Positions 19,226 through 28,325 of a stretch of DNA of 36,242 nt are shown here, in pieces. The notes beneath the pieces are model-generated. The model saw only the letters and a program-made list of their open reading frames with translations, searched no databases and was not told the DNA's origin. The DNA is from Abditibacteriaceae bacterium (lineage in GTDB: Bacteria; Armatimonadota; Abditibacteriia; Abditibacteriales; Abditibacteriaceae). The stretch spans positions 1-36,242 of the forward strand of contig JANMKN010000122.1 of the NCBI GenBank assembly GCA_031372065.1, read 5' to 3'. A program made the position numbers and the translations under genes. Every line of letters begins with the position of its first letter. The first letter of the stretch is position 1.

Positions 19226-19290
19226 ATGCGGAACGCGGAATGCGAAGTGCGGAGAGTAATTTCGCACTCCGCACTTCGCATTCTGCATTT
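19225..19290. repeat. inverted heptamer tandem repeat
   Basis: TGCGGAA CGCGGAA TGCGAAG TGCGGAG ... TTCGCAC TCCGCAC TTCGCAT TCTGCAT. Confidence 0.8.
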
Positions 19291-19292
19291 CT

Positions 19293-20537
19293 TCACCTTC
19301 TTTCCATGATCGAAATGGGGTCAAGCCGGTAGAGGCGTGATAAAACGGTGCCCAAACTGGCGATGCCGACTAAGAATGGTGTCGGCAAAGTGTAAAGCAG
19401 TGCTAACGAGTTGATGCGCGCTAAAATCAGGCCGCGCGGCATCATGTAATAGTGATCTAACAAGCGTAGAACAAGCCATGTGAACACTAATCCCAGCAGC
19501 CAACTAACCGCGACCAAGGCGCCGGTTTCGATAAACAAGCGGCGTGCCAAACGGCCTCTTTGAAAGCCCATCGCCAGCAATAATCCAAATTCGCCGAGGC
19601 GATTTTCGAAATAAATGTTGGCTAAAAAGCCGGAGAGGAGCGCCACAGCGCCGATCACCAAACCATCGGCGATGGCGAGAAAATTAAAAAAGTAACCCAA
19701 ACTTTTGCGCACTTCCTCCACCATGTCTTCGTGCGTGAAAAATTTCGCGTAGCGCACTTGCGAGCGCGATAGATGATATTTCTTCGGGTTTTTCAGGAAG
19801 CTATCAACCCTTTTGTTGATAGCTGGCAAATCGCCGGGCTTTTGTGGAATTAATAAATAGGCCGGGCGAATGACATTGATGTCGGGAAACGAACCGATCA
19901 CGAAATCAATGTCAGCCATCGCCAAATTCGAGCCGCCTTCCAGCAAACCAACCACTTTTTGCGGCTCCGTGATCGTTGGAAAGCGCTCATCGCTATTGGC
20001 GAAGGTTTTTCCCAGTTTCACGCCGATATTATTGGCCCACGTTCTGCTCAAAACCACGGCGGCTTCGCCGGGTTGCGGCAGACGGCCTTCGACCAGTTTA
20101 TTGCCGGTGAGAGCGATAATTTCGGGCATATCTTGCGGGTCAAGGCCGTAAATCGGGACAGGCAACTCGCCGAATACCGTTTTGATGGAGCGCAAATACG
20201 GCACGGCGTTGATAACGTGTTTGAGGTCTTTATCATCGCGCACACGCGCTTTGAGCGGCGGCGAAACATCGCGCTCCAATTGGGCCACCAAAACTGAAAA
20301 ATGGCGCACGAAACCGTAATTGCCCGTGATGGAATCGTCTACCGAATTGAGCAGTGTGACGATGCCCGCGATGAGGAAAACCGAAATCAAAATCGCGCCG
20401 CCAATGGGCAGCGAACGCGCCATGTTGCGGCGGTAATACGTTAGCGGCGAGAGCGGCGGCAGCAATTGGGCAAGACGCGGCGGCGCGAGGGAGGTCGCAT
20501 CGGGCGGTGGTGAGGAATCAAGAGAGGAATCGGGCAC
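19293..20537 (-). CDS. ABC transporter permease (FtsX/MacB-like)
   Basis: N-terminal TM, periplasmic domain with LVEGRLP, then RLGEFGLLLAMGF and three C-terminal TMs ending LDPISIM. Confidence 0.88.
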   Translation of the reverse strand: MPDSSLDSSPPPDATSLAPPRLAQLLPPLSPLTYYRRNMARSLPIGGAILISVFLIAGIVTLLNSVDDSITGNYGFVRHFSVLVAQLERDVSPPLKARVRDDKDLKHVINAVPYLRSIKTVFGELPVPIYGLDPQDMPEIIALTGNKLVEGRLPQPGEAAVVLSRTWANNIGVKLGKTFANSDERFPTITEPQKVVGLLEGGSNLAMADIDFVIGSFPDINVIRPAYLLIPQKPGDLPAINKRVDSFLKNPKKYHLSRSQVRYAKFFTHEDMVEEVRKSLGYFFNFLAIADGLVIGAVALLSGFLANIYFENRLGEFGLLLAMGFQRGRLARRLFIETGALVAVSWLLGLVFTWLVLRLLDHYYMMPRGLILARINSLALLYTLPTPFLVGIASLGTVLSRLYRLDPISIMERR

Positions 20538-20736
20538 GCGTGTTCATGTCAGTTTAGGAAGCCTTTGCATCCTGTGACAAGCCGGATTCTTGCGTAAGAC
20601 AATGCATAAACTTGTGACAATTGTCGCTTAATGATAAATTCCCATTAATTCACTGCTTTCTATCCCAACGTGTTGTAAAATCCATTAGTCGAAACTTTGA
20701 AGGGCTTGGGAGCAAAGACTTTCTGCGAGAAACCTC

Positions 20737-21486
20737 ATGTTAAATTTTTCAAATAACCTGATTCGTCAGTTGGAAGATAACTCAATGACGTTGTTGGCCG
20801 AAGCGATGCCGGATGTGCGCGCCTCGGCTGGCCCGGCACTGGCGAATGTGCCCGACAGCGAGCTAAACGTCGCGCTGTATGCTGTGATGCTAAAAATCAT
20901 TGATTTTCTGCGCGAAAGTAGTGGTGTGCGCGAGGAAGACAATGCGCCCAGTTCGCTGCCACAACTTTTTTTGGCGCACGCCAAGAGCATCATGGAATAT
21001 ATTGATGGTCAAAGCGCTTACACCGTCGGGCACACGCCCGCTGTGGTGCGCCATGTGGTTTCCATTGGCTCGCGCATGGGCCTCTCGGACAGCGAAATCG
21101 GCGATCTCGAATATGCGGCGTGGATTCACAACATCGGCTTGATTAATCAGGCCTATCGCCTTGATACGCTGGCGCGTTCGCTGACGCAGGACGAATTGAA
21201 ACAAGCGCGCAATCACACGGTTATCGGCTCCGAAATTGTGCGCCCGATTGAATTTCTCTCGAATATGGTGCCCGTGATTCGCTATCACCATAACCATTTC
21301 AACAGTCAGCCCGATTTGCCCTTGGGCGCGCGCATTATCGCGTTAGCCGATGCATATCAGGCCATGCTGGAGCCGCGCGCTTATCGTCCCGCCCTATCGC
21401 GCGCCGAAGCGTTACAAGAAATTACCAAAGGCGCTGGCACGCAGTTCGACCCGGATTTGGTGATGTATGCTCACGATTTGACGTAA
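20737..21486 (+). CDS. degenerate HD-GYP domain protein
   Basis: YTVGH, AAWIHNIG (HD replaced by HN), HTVIG, IRYHH, PLGARIIALADAY, RAYR, GTQFDP; GYP loop absent. Confidence 0.8.
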   Translation: MLNFSNNLIRQLEDNSMTLLAEAMPDVRASAGPALANVPDSELNVALYAVMLKIIDFLRESSGVREEDNAPSSLPQLFLAHAKSIMEYIDGQSAYTVGHTPAVVRHVVSIGSRMGLSDSEIGDLEYAAWIHNIGLINQAYRLDTLARSLTQDELKQARNHTVIGSEIVRPIEFLSNMVPVIRYHHNHFNSQPDLPLGARIIALADAYQAMLEPRAYRPALSRAEALQEITKGAGTQFDPDLVMYAHDLT

Positions 21487-21510
21487 AACCCAACACAGAA
21501 AGCGCAATCT

Positions 21511-21557
21511 AAAACTGCGGAGCATGGCACCAAAGCCACGCTCCGCAGTTTTGTTTT
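21511..21557 (+). terminator. intrinsic terminator
   Basis: AAAACTGCGGAGCATGGC / GCCACGCTCCGCAGTTTT (one mismatch), followed by GTTTT. Confidence 0.75.
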
Positions 21558-21569
21558 GGGTTTTGCAAC

Positions 21570-22454
21570 ATGAGCGAATCAACGAACTATCGTCTGACAC
21601 CGCCCGGTTTCTCGCGGGGACAACGCGCACAATTTGACCGCGACGGCTATTTGCATTTGCCCGGCGCGCTGTCGGACGACGAAGTGGCGCAATACCTCGA
21701 AGTCATAGAGCGTATCGCGCAAAGCGACGCGAAATTTGTGCCCGATAAATTCTTCGCGCGCGAGCATATTGTCGAACTTGATCCACTTTTCACGGCGTTG
21801 ATAGACCATCCGCGCCATGTTGGTTTCGCTTACGATTTTTTCGGCGAACTGCTGAAATTGCATATTTCGCAGTTCTTTTTGCGACCACACGGCGGCGGTT
21901 ACAACAAATGGCATCCCGATGGCGCCCGCGCCGTGCCCTACGGCGTTTTTTCGCCGCTTTTGCCGATGCAAATCAAGTTTGCCTATTGGCTGACCGATAT
22001 TCCCCGCCCGAAAATGGGCAATCTCGTAGTGCGTCCCGGTTCGCAGCACGAGCAGTATTTCGACGGCTACGACACCGAAGATTCGTATCCCGATGAGCAT
22101 ATCGTTTGCGCCGAGAAAGGCACCATGACGATTATCAACGGCAATATCTGGCATCGCGTGGAAAACAATGATAGCGACATCGTGCGCCAAAATATCTTCA
22201 TCGCTTATTGCCCGTCGTGGATTGTCGCTGCCGACCATTTGCGTTCAAACCCCGATTGGTTGGCAACTTTAAATCGCGAACAGCGCATCATTTTGCGCGA
22301 TTACGATTACGCCTATGACCATACCAAGCCGCCCGCCAAAGATTTCCCGCTCTTTCTTGACCGCGAAACCGGCCTTGACCACGATCCCGATAAATACCAT
22401 GAGCGCGTCGCCAAAAGCCGCCGCAAGCGTATGTTAGCGCACGAGAAACGGTGA
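21570..22454 (+). CDS. phytanoyl-CoA dioxygenase family Fe(II)/2OG oxygenase
   Basis: FDRDGY, WHPD (HxD), GNLVVRPGS, IWHR and a conserved Arg. Confidence 0.85.
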   Translation: MSESTNYRLTPPGFSRGQRAQFDRDGYLHLPGALSDDEVAQYLEVIERIAQSDAKFVPDKFFAREHIVELDPLFTALIDHPRHVGFAYDFFGELLKLHISQFFLRPHGGGYNKWHPDGARAVPYGVFSPLLPMQIKFAYWLTDIPRPKMGNLVVRPGSQHEQYFDGYDTEDSYPDEHIVCAEKGTMTIINGNIWHRVENNDSDIVRQNIFIAYCPSWIVAADHLRSNPDWLATLNREQRIILRDYDYAYDHTKPPAKDFPLFLDRETGLDHDPDKYHERVAKSRRKRMLAHEKR

Positions 22455-22464
22455 AAGATGACTT

Positions 22465-25029
22465 ATGAAATATCTTCTTGCCCTTTTGCTTTGCCTGCTT
22501 CCAGCGGCCAAGGCACAAACGAATTTCAATCCTGACGCGAATTCGCTGGCGATGCCGCCTATCGGCGCGCAGTGGATGCGCGTTTTGTCGTCGACAGTGT
22601 TGGAATTGACGTTGATTAACAGCAAAACACCGGAAGGGCGCGTGGATTCGTGGGACTATGTGGATGACAACGCGCAACTGCATTTGCCCGCTGCTACAGC
22701 ATTTCGCGTGATGGCGAACGGCAAAAACAGAGACGTAAAAGCGCTTGGTTTCAAGCGCCGTCCGCTTTATGCGCCCTTAGCGAAACGCGATTTGCGCATC
22801 GGCAACTATTTATATCTACAACTCGCTGCGCCGTTGCCCGAAGGCGCCAAAATCGAAGTGTCCGGCGCCGAACTGAAAGAAAAATTCGTTGCGACCTTTG
22901 ATAAAACGCGCTTTAGCCCTGTGCTTCATGTAAATCAGGTTGGTTACGGGCCGAATCTGCCGAAAATCGCCGAAGTCGGCTATTATTTGGGCAGTTTGGG
23001 CGAGTTGGAAGTGAGCGCGCCGCAGTTTCAAATTGTCGAAGTGGGCAGCGGCAAAACCGTTTTCGCGGGCGATTTAAAACCGCGCCGCGATGAAGGCTAC
23101 ACCTACACCGTTAAGCCGTATCAACAAATCTGGCAGGCCGATTTCACCGCTTTGCAGGCGCCGGGCGAATATCGTTTGCAAGTCGCAGGTTTGGGCGTCT
23201 CGTTTCCGTCTGTCATCAATGAGGGTGTCGCGGCTAACTTCGCGCGGGCGTATGCTTTGGGCCTTTATCATCAACGCTGCGGCGCCGAAAATGCCTTGCC
23301 GTTCACGCGTTTTGTCCATGACAAATGTCACACCGCGCCCGCCGAAGTGCCGACAATGGAATTTGCCAAAACGCAGGCCCGTTTAGCGAGCATGACCGAA
23401 AGTTACAAAAGCGAGCCGCGCCACAGCGCGCCGCAATTGAAAAATACCGAAGCGAGTCTGTATCCGTTCGTGCGGCAGGGCAAAATTGATGTGTCAGGCG
23501 GGCATCACGATGCGGGCGATTATTCAAAATACACCATTAACAGCGCGCAGTTGATTCATCATTTGGTGTTCGCGGCGGATAATTTCCCCGGTGTGGCCCA
23601 ATTGGATAATTTGGGCTTGCCCGAAAGTGGCGATGGCAGTAGCGACATCTTGCAAATCGCCAAATGGGAAGCCGATTTTCTCGCCAAAATGCAAGACGAC
23701 GATGGCGGTTTTTACTTCTTGGTTTATCCACGCGAACGCGAATACGAAAGCAATGTTCTGCCTGCTAAAGGCGATTCGCAAATTGTCTTTCCCAAAACTA
23801 CAGCCGTTAGCGCGGCGGCGACAGCGGCACTGGCACAAGCCGCGTCTTCGCCTACTTTTAAAAAGCAATTTCCCGAAGCGGCAGCAAAATACTTGGATAA
23901 AGCGAAAAAAGGCTGGGCATTTTTGCAAAATGCCCTTGAAAAACATGGGCGCGACGGCGCTTATCAGAAAATTACTCATTACGGCGACACGTTTTTGCAC
24001 GACGATGAATTAATCTGGGCTGCGACGGAGATTTTCTTAGCGACAGGTAATGAAAAGGCGCATCAGCAACTGTTAAAAACCTTCGATCCAGCCAGCCGCG
24101 AGGCGACGAAATGGGGTTGGATTCGCTTGTTTGAGGGCTACGGTTGCGCGACTCGCGATTATGCGTTTGCCGCCAAAAGTGGGCGCGTGCCAGCGGGAAA
24201 ATTAGATGCGGCGCTTTTGAAAAAATGCGAAGAACAAATCGTTTTGGGCGGCGGCGATCAAGTCAAATGGGCGCAAATGAACGCTTATGGCACCAGTTTT
24301 CCCATTGAAAGCAAGCGTTTTCGCAATGGCGGGTGGTATTTCCCACTCTCGTCGGCCTTCGATATTGCCGTTCTCGCGCAATTGCAGCCGCGAGCCGAAC
24401 AAACCGACGCTATCTTTTCCAATTTGAACTTTGAAGGCGGCTCGAATCCGAATAACGTGGCATTTTTGACTGGCATTGGCTGGAAGCGACAGCGCGAAAC
24501 GGTGCATCAATATGCCATGAATGACCGCCGCGTTTTGCCCCCGTCGGGCATACCACTGGGCGCCGTGCAGGAAGGTTTTCCCTATCTTGAACATTACAAA
24601 CGCGAATTGGGTGCGCTGACTTTTCCTTCGGACGGCGACAAGGAAAACGCTTATGCGTTTTATGACCGCTGGGGCGACACGTTCAACACCTCAACCGAGT
24701 TCGTTAACGTCAATCAGGCGCGCGGTTTAGCCACAACTGCGCTTTTGATGGCAAACACGCCGCAAGCCAAACAAGCATGGCGCAGCGCAAATGCGAAAAT
24801 CGTTTTGTCCAAAGCGCAAATCAAAGCGGGCGAAACGGTTACAGCCAAGGTGGAAGTGCCCAATATGAATGTCCAAGGCGCGCAGATCGTGTGGGAAGCA
24901 GGCGGCGAGCCGGTTTTCGGACGCGAATTCTCGTTTGTGCCGCAAAAAGGCGCGCAATGGCTCGAAGCCGAAATCCTCTGGCCCGATGGCCGCCGCGCCT
25001 TCGCCAGCACTGAATTCGTCGTTGAATAA
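22465..25029 (+). CDS. secreted GH9 glycoside hydrolase with N-terminal Ig-like domain
   Basis: Signal peptide; HVNQVGY (CelD-N-like), YHQRCG, SGGHHDAGDYSKY, DELIWAATE, FYD...TE. Confidence 0.85.
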   Translation: MKYLLALLLCLLPAAKAQTNFNPDANSLAMPPIGAQWMRVLSSTVLELTLINSKTPEGRVDSWDYVDDNAQLHLPAATAFRVMANGKNRDVKALGFKRRPLYAPLAKRDLRIGNYLYLQLAAPLPEGAKIEVSGAELKEKFVATFDKTRFSPVLHVNQVGYGPNLPKIAEVGYYLGSLGELEVSAPQFQIVEVGSGKTVFAGDLKPRRDEGYTYTVKPYQQIWQADFTALQAPGEYRLQVAGLGVSFPSVINEGVAANFARAYALGLYHQRCGAENALPFTRFVHDKCHTAPAEVPTMEFAKTQARLASMTESYKSEPRHSAPQLKNTEASLYPFVRQGKIDVSGGHHDAGDYSKYTINSAQLIHHLVFAADNFPGVAQLDNLGLPESGDGSSDILQIAKWEADFLAKMQDDDGGFYFLVYPREREYESNVLPAKGDSQIVFPKTTAVSAAATAALAQAASSPTFKKQFPEAAAKYLDKAKKGWAFLQNALEKHGRDGAYQKITHYGDTFLHDDELIWAATEIFLATGNEKAHQQLLKTFDPASREATKWGWIRLFEGYGCATRDYAFAAKSGRVPAGKLDAALLKKCEEQIVLGGGDQVKWAQMNAYGTSFPIESKRFRNGGWYFPLSSAFDIAVLAQLQPRAEQTDAIFSNLNFEGGSNPNNVAFLTGIGWKRQRETVHQYAMNDRRVLPPSGIPLGAVQEGFPYLEHYKRELGALTFPSDGDKENAYAFYDRWGDTFNTSTEFVNVNQARGLATTALLMANTPQAKQAWRSANAKIVLSKAQIKAGETVTAKVEVPNMNVQGAQIVWEAGGEPVFGREFSFVPQKGAQWLEAEILWPDGRRAFASTEFVVE

Positions 25030-25037
25030 GTTTTCGA

Positions 25038-25083
25038 AAAAACAAAAAAGCCCGGCGCAATGGCGCCGGGCTTTTTTGTTTTT
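25038..25083. terminator. bidirectional intrinsic terminator
   Basis: Perfect 21-bp arms AAAAACAAAAAAGCCCGGCGC / GCGCCGGGCTTTTTTGTTTTT. Confidence 0.9.
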
Positions 25084-25088
25084 GGTTT

Positions 25089-26456
25089 CTATTGCAACTG
25101 AAAGTAACCGCTGCGATTACCAACTCTGATGTTGATGCGGCGTGTGTTTTGGTCGTAGATGGCGGTGCCACCGATGCCTTCGAGTAGGGTGCCCAACGGC
25201 GCGTAGAGCATGCCGTTGTGCCGTTGGGTGGCAATCGAAAGGCTGGTGCGACGGCCTGAGAGATCAACATTGGTTGAGTTTTCTTTCAAACTCAGCACAT
25301 AGTTGCCGCGCGTCACTTTAATGATGTCGCGGGTCACTTTGGTCGAAGCGCCAGCCCACTTAGCGATTTCCATAACCGGGCCTAAATAAACGCGGCTGGT
25401 GCCTTGTCTGGTTTCTTTATCGGCGTAAACCAAAGGCGCACCGAAATCGAGGTTTCCGGTTTGCGAGTTGTTTTGCGTGTCGCTTTGGTAAGTCGGCGGG
25501 TAAGTTGTCGGCTGAGATTGTGAATCAGGCGTATTTGGGTAATACACCGGAGTATTTGGATTCGATGAGTTCGGATAATAATTCGGCGTGTTCGGATTGT
25601 AAGCCGGATTATATGGCGAGGCGTTGTTCCATGTGTTGCCGCCGCCAGCCATCCACTGTTTTGGGCCGCCACTGCGCCGGGCCACATCGGTCAAGTTTTC
25701 ATCGGCTATGATTTTTGTGACTGTAGCCTGACGCTTTTTGGGGTCGGGGTGGCTTGCCAGATATTTGTCGAGAAAACCGCTGCCTTTGCCATCGTCCAAC
25801 TTGCCGAGCATGGTGTAGGCCGCTTGCGGGTCGTAACCCAATTGGCTCATCCAGCGCACGCCAACAACATCTGCGTCCGTTTCCTGATCGCGCGAGTAGC
25901 CTTTTTCCCACACGTTAAACGCCACACCACCCAGAGCGCCGATAGTGTCGCTGTTTTTGCCTTTGCCCAAAATTGCGCCCAAAATGCCGACTAATAAACC
26001 GGCTTTTTGCTGCTTTTCAACGCTTTCCACAATGTGTTTACGCTCAATGTGGCCGGTTTCGTGGCCCAGAACATAAGCGAGTTCTGCATCGTTGGAAGTC
26101 GTCGTGACCAATTTGCGTGTCACGAAAATCGGGCCGCCGGGCGCTGCGAAAGCGTTCAGCACTTTGTCGTTCGCCAGCACCTGATAGCTGTAAGGGATGT
26201 TTTTGCGCGTCGAAAGATGGGCGAATTGCTGCCCGATAGCGCGCACACGCACCGACATCGGATCGTTGTAAGGCAACGCCGCCCCGTATTCTTTTTGCGC
26301 TTGCGCCGCGACTTCTTTGCCAGCGGCGATTTCGTCTTTTTCCGACAGGCCAAACAAGCCAGCCTGCGCGGGAGTTGTCAATTGCGGCGCCGCCAAAACC
26401 GCACTCAAGGCGAAAAGCGGCAGACAGTTTTGAGTTTTGAGATTTTTAAGTTTCAT
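25089..26456 (-). CDS. secreted M48 metalloprotease with Asn/Pro/Tyr linker and C-terminal copper-amine-oxidase-N-like domain
   Basis: NAFAAPGG, ELAYVLGHETGH, YSRDQETDAD, SHP; C-terminal NGMLYAPL...YDQNTRRINI. Confidence 0.88.
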   Translation of the reverse strand: MKLKNLKTQNCLPLFALSAVLAAPQLTTPAQAGLFGLSEKDEIAAGKEVAAQAQKEYGAALPYNDPMSVRVRAIGQQFAHLSTRKNIPYSYQVLANDKVLNAFAAPGGPIFVTRKLVTTTSNDAELAYVLGHETGHIERKHIVESVEKQQKAGLLVGILGAILGKGKNSDTIGALGGVAFNVWEKGYSRDQETDADVVGVRWMSQLGYDPQAAYTMLGKLDDGKGSGFLDKYLASHPDPKKRQATVTKIIADENLTDVARRSGGPKQWMAGGGNTWNNASPYNPAYNPNTPNYYPNSSNPNTPVYYPNTPDSQSQPTTYPPTYQSDTQNNSQTGNLDFGAPLVYADKETRQGTSRVYLGPVMEIAKWAGASTKVTRDIIKVTRGNYVLSLKENSTNVDLSGRRTSLSIATQRHNGMLYAPLGTLLEGIGGTAIYDQNTRRINIRVGNRSGYFQLQ

Positions 26457-26628
26457 GGGTTCCTCCGTCCAAACAGCTTGTAAAACGCCAAGCTGGGTGT
26501 GTGTGTTCAGTGTAATATTTGGCTGCCTAAAACATATAGCAAACTTTGCGCCTTCAATTTTCCTTTGGGCAAAGATTCACCTATAATAACAAAAGGAAAA
26601 AAGTCCCCGACGAAAATGAGGAGAAATT

Positions 26629-27483
26629 ATGAGCATTGAAGCTAAGGGTTACGCCCATCCTGAAGTCTTGGTGGATGCCGATTGGGTGCAGGCCCACAAG
26701 GGCGATGACGGCGTCAAACTGGTCGAAGTAGATGTGGACACCAACGCCTACGCCGAAGGTCACATTCCCGGCGCGATTGCGTGGAACTGGACATCGCAAC
26801 TCAACGACCAATTGCGCCGCGATATTCCGTCCAAAGAGCAAATCGAAAAATTGCTTGGTGACAGCGGCATCAAGAGCAGCGACACGGTTGTTTTGTATGG
26901 CGACAACAACAACTGGTTTGCCGCGTTTGCCTTTTGGATTCTGAAAATTTACGGCCATCAAGACATTCGCCTGATGGATGGTGGTCGCAAAAAATGGCTG
27001 GCCGATGGCCGCGAAACCACCGCGCAGGACGAAAATCCGCAAGCCACCACTTACACCGCGCAAGAGCCTGATTTGTCACTGCGCAGCAATGTTATGGAAG
27101 TCGTCAAGCAAATCGAAGCGGGCGATTATAATTTGGTGGACGTGCGTTCGCCCGCCGAATTCACTGGCGAAGTGATTGCGCCTCCCGGCATGACCGAAAC
27201 CGCGCAACGCGGCGGCCATGTGCCGGGCGCCAAAAATATCCCGTGGGCGCAAGCTGTCAACGACGATGGCACCTTCAAAGATGCGGACGCGCTGAATACG
27301 CTTTATGGCGGCAAAGGCATCGAAAAAGGCAAGCCGGTCATCGCTTATTGCCGCATTGGTGAGCGCTCGTCGCACACTTGGTTTGTGCTGCAATATCTGC
27401 TCGGCTTTGAAGGCTGCAAAAACTACGACGGCTCTTGGACAGAATACGGCTCCATGATCGGCGTGCCGATTGAAAAGCCGTAA
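26629..27483 (+). CDS. two-domain thiosulfate sulfurtransferase (rhodanese)
   Basis: GHIPGA, DVRSPAEF, YCRIGERS active-site loop, YDGSWTEY; GAGGAG RBS. Confidence 0.93.
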   Translation: MSIEAKGYAHPEVLVDADWVQAHKGDDGVKLVEVDVDTNAYAEGHIPGAIAWNWTSQLNDQLRRDIPSKEQIEKLLGDSGIKSSDTVVLYGDNNNWFAAFAFWILKIYGHQDIRLMDGGRKKWLADGRETTAQDENPQATTYTAQEPDLSLRSNVMEVVKQIEAGDYNLVDVRSPAEFTGEVIAPPGMTETAQRGGHVPGAKNIPWAQAVNDDGTFKDADALNTLYGGKGIEKGKPVIAYCRIGERSSHTWFVLQYLLGFEGCKNYDGSWTEYGSMIGVPIEKP

Positions 27484-27484
27484 A

Positions 27485-27551
27485 CAGTGGTCGGTGGGCA
27501 GTGGTCAGTGAGCAGAAAAACTGACCACCGACCACTGCCCACTACCTACTG
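27485..27551. repeat. inverted heptamer tandem repeat
   Basis: CAGTGGT CGGTGGG CAGTGGT CAGTGAG ... CTGACCA CCGACCA CTGCCCA CTACCTA. Confidence 0.8.
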
Positions 27552-27553
27552 AA

Positions 27554-27922
27554 ATGTCAACTTCCTCCACTTTTTACAAAAAAACGCTCGCCAACGCGGA
27601 AATGGCGCAGGTGATTTTTCGCGTGGCGGTTCTGGAAAAATATCGCGAATCCAGCGATGCGCGCGTGACGCGCACCAATACTGTCGGACGCGTCAAAGGC
27701 ACCTCGTGGACGTTGGATTTTGGCATCGCGCCCGATGAAAACAGCGTTCATGTGCCACTTTCGGCGCTCAAAACGCGCTTGCCCGAACGAGAATTGGAAC
27801 ATTGGCTTTCGTTTGTGGATGATTCGCGGTTTTCTGAAAATTTCCTGAAAATGCAATCTTCTCACGCTTGCATTGATGACGGCGGCTATCGCGAATGGGG
27901 CGAAGAAGAAGCGCTATTTTAG
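27554..27922 (+). CDS. hypothetical protein (122 aa)
   Basis: Typical codon usage; co-oriented with the rhodanese gene. Confidence 0.7.
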   Translation: MSTSSTFYKKTLANAEMAQVIFRVAVLEKYRESSDARVTRTNTVGRVKGTSWTLDFGIAPDENSVHVPLSALKTRLPERELEHWLSFVDDSRFSENFLKMQSSHACIDDGGYREWGEEEALF

Positions 27923-27955
27923 CATCAATGCTAAAAGCCACCGCAAAAAATAATC

Positions 27956-27984
27956 TTGACAACGCAACGGTCAAACAGTAAAGT
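27956..27984 (+). promoter_or_regulatory. sigma70-type promoter
   Basis: TTGACA (27956-27961), 17-bp spacer, TAAAGT (27979-27984); A-rich UP-like tract upstream. Confidence 0.75.
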
Positions 27985-28044
27985 TTCGATTCGTTTGCAA
28001 GTCGCAACGCAATTTCAAATCCATTACCCAAGGAGGTGCCTGCT

Positions 28045-28149
28045 GTGAAAAATCACAATTCATTTCAACCCAGTTTTAGTTTCAGTTCACCGAACCCTTT
28101 TCCGGCAGGGCACCTTGCGGAATGCTTTTGGCGCGTCTTGATTTCATGA
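28045..28149 (+). CDS. putative attenuator leader peptide, 34 aa, MKNHNSFQPSFSFSSPNPFPAGHLAECFWRVLIS
   Basis: AGGAGG at 28031-28036, 8 nt before GTG; AGT codons at positions 10, 12 and 14; lies between the promoter and the terminator. Confidence 0.75.
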   Translation: MKNHNSFQPSFSFSSPNPFPAGHLAECFWRVLIS

Positions 28150-28180
28150 CCGCTTAATGCATTCAATTTTTCGCATAGAG

Positions 28181-28219
28181 CGCCCTCACCGGAATTTCGG
28201 TGGGGGCGTTTTTGTTTTT
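28181..28219 (+). terminator. attenuator terminator
   Basis: CGCCCTCACCG-gaattt-CGGTGGGGGCG (11 bp, one G:U) followed by TTTTTGTTTTT. Confidence 0.88.
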
Positions 28220-28221
28220 CA

Positions 28222-28306
28222 GGTGGGTTGGCTGAGTGGTCGAAAGCGCTTCACTGCTAACGAAGTGAACCTATGGGTTCCGGGGGTTCGAATCCCTCAC
28301 CCACCG
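28222..28306 (+). tRNA. tRNA-Ser (anticodon GCT), no encoded CCA
   Basis: Acceptor GGTGGGT/ACCCACC plus G73; D arm GCTGAGTGGTCGAAAGC; anticodon loop CT-GCT-AA (GCT at 28256-28258); long variable arm GAACC/GGTTC; T arm GGGGG-TTCGAAT-CCCTC. Confidence 0.93.
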
Positions 28307-28325
28307 CTGAGGTTTTGAAGTCATC

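Noticed and set aside
27990..28220. T-box riboswitch
   Set aside because: No AGGGTGGNACCGCG-like T-box sequence or stem I motifs; a translated leader explains the region better.
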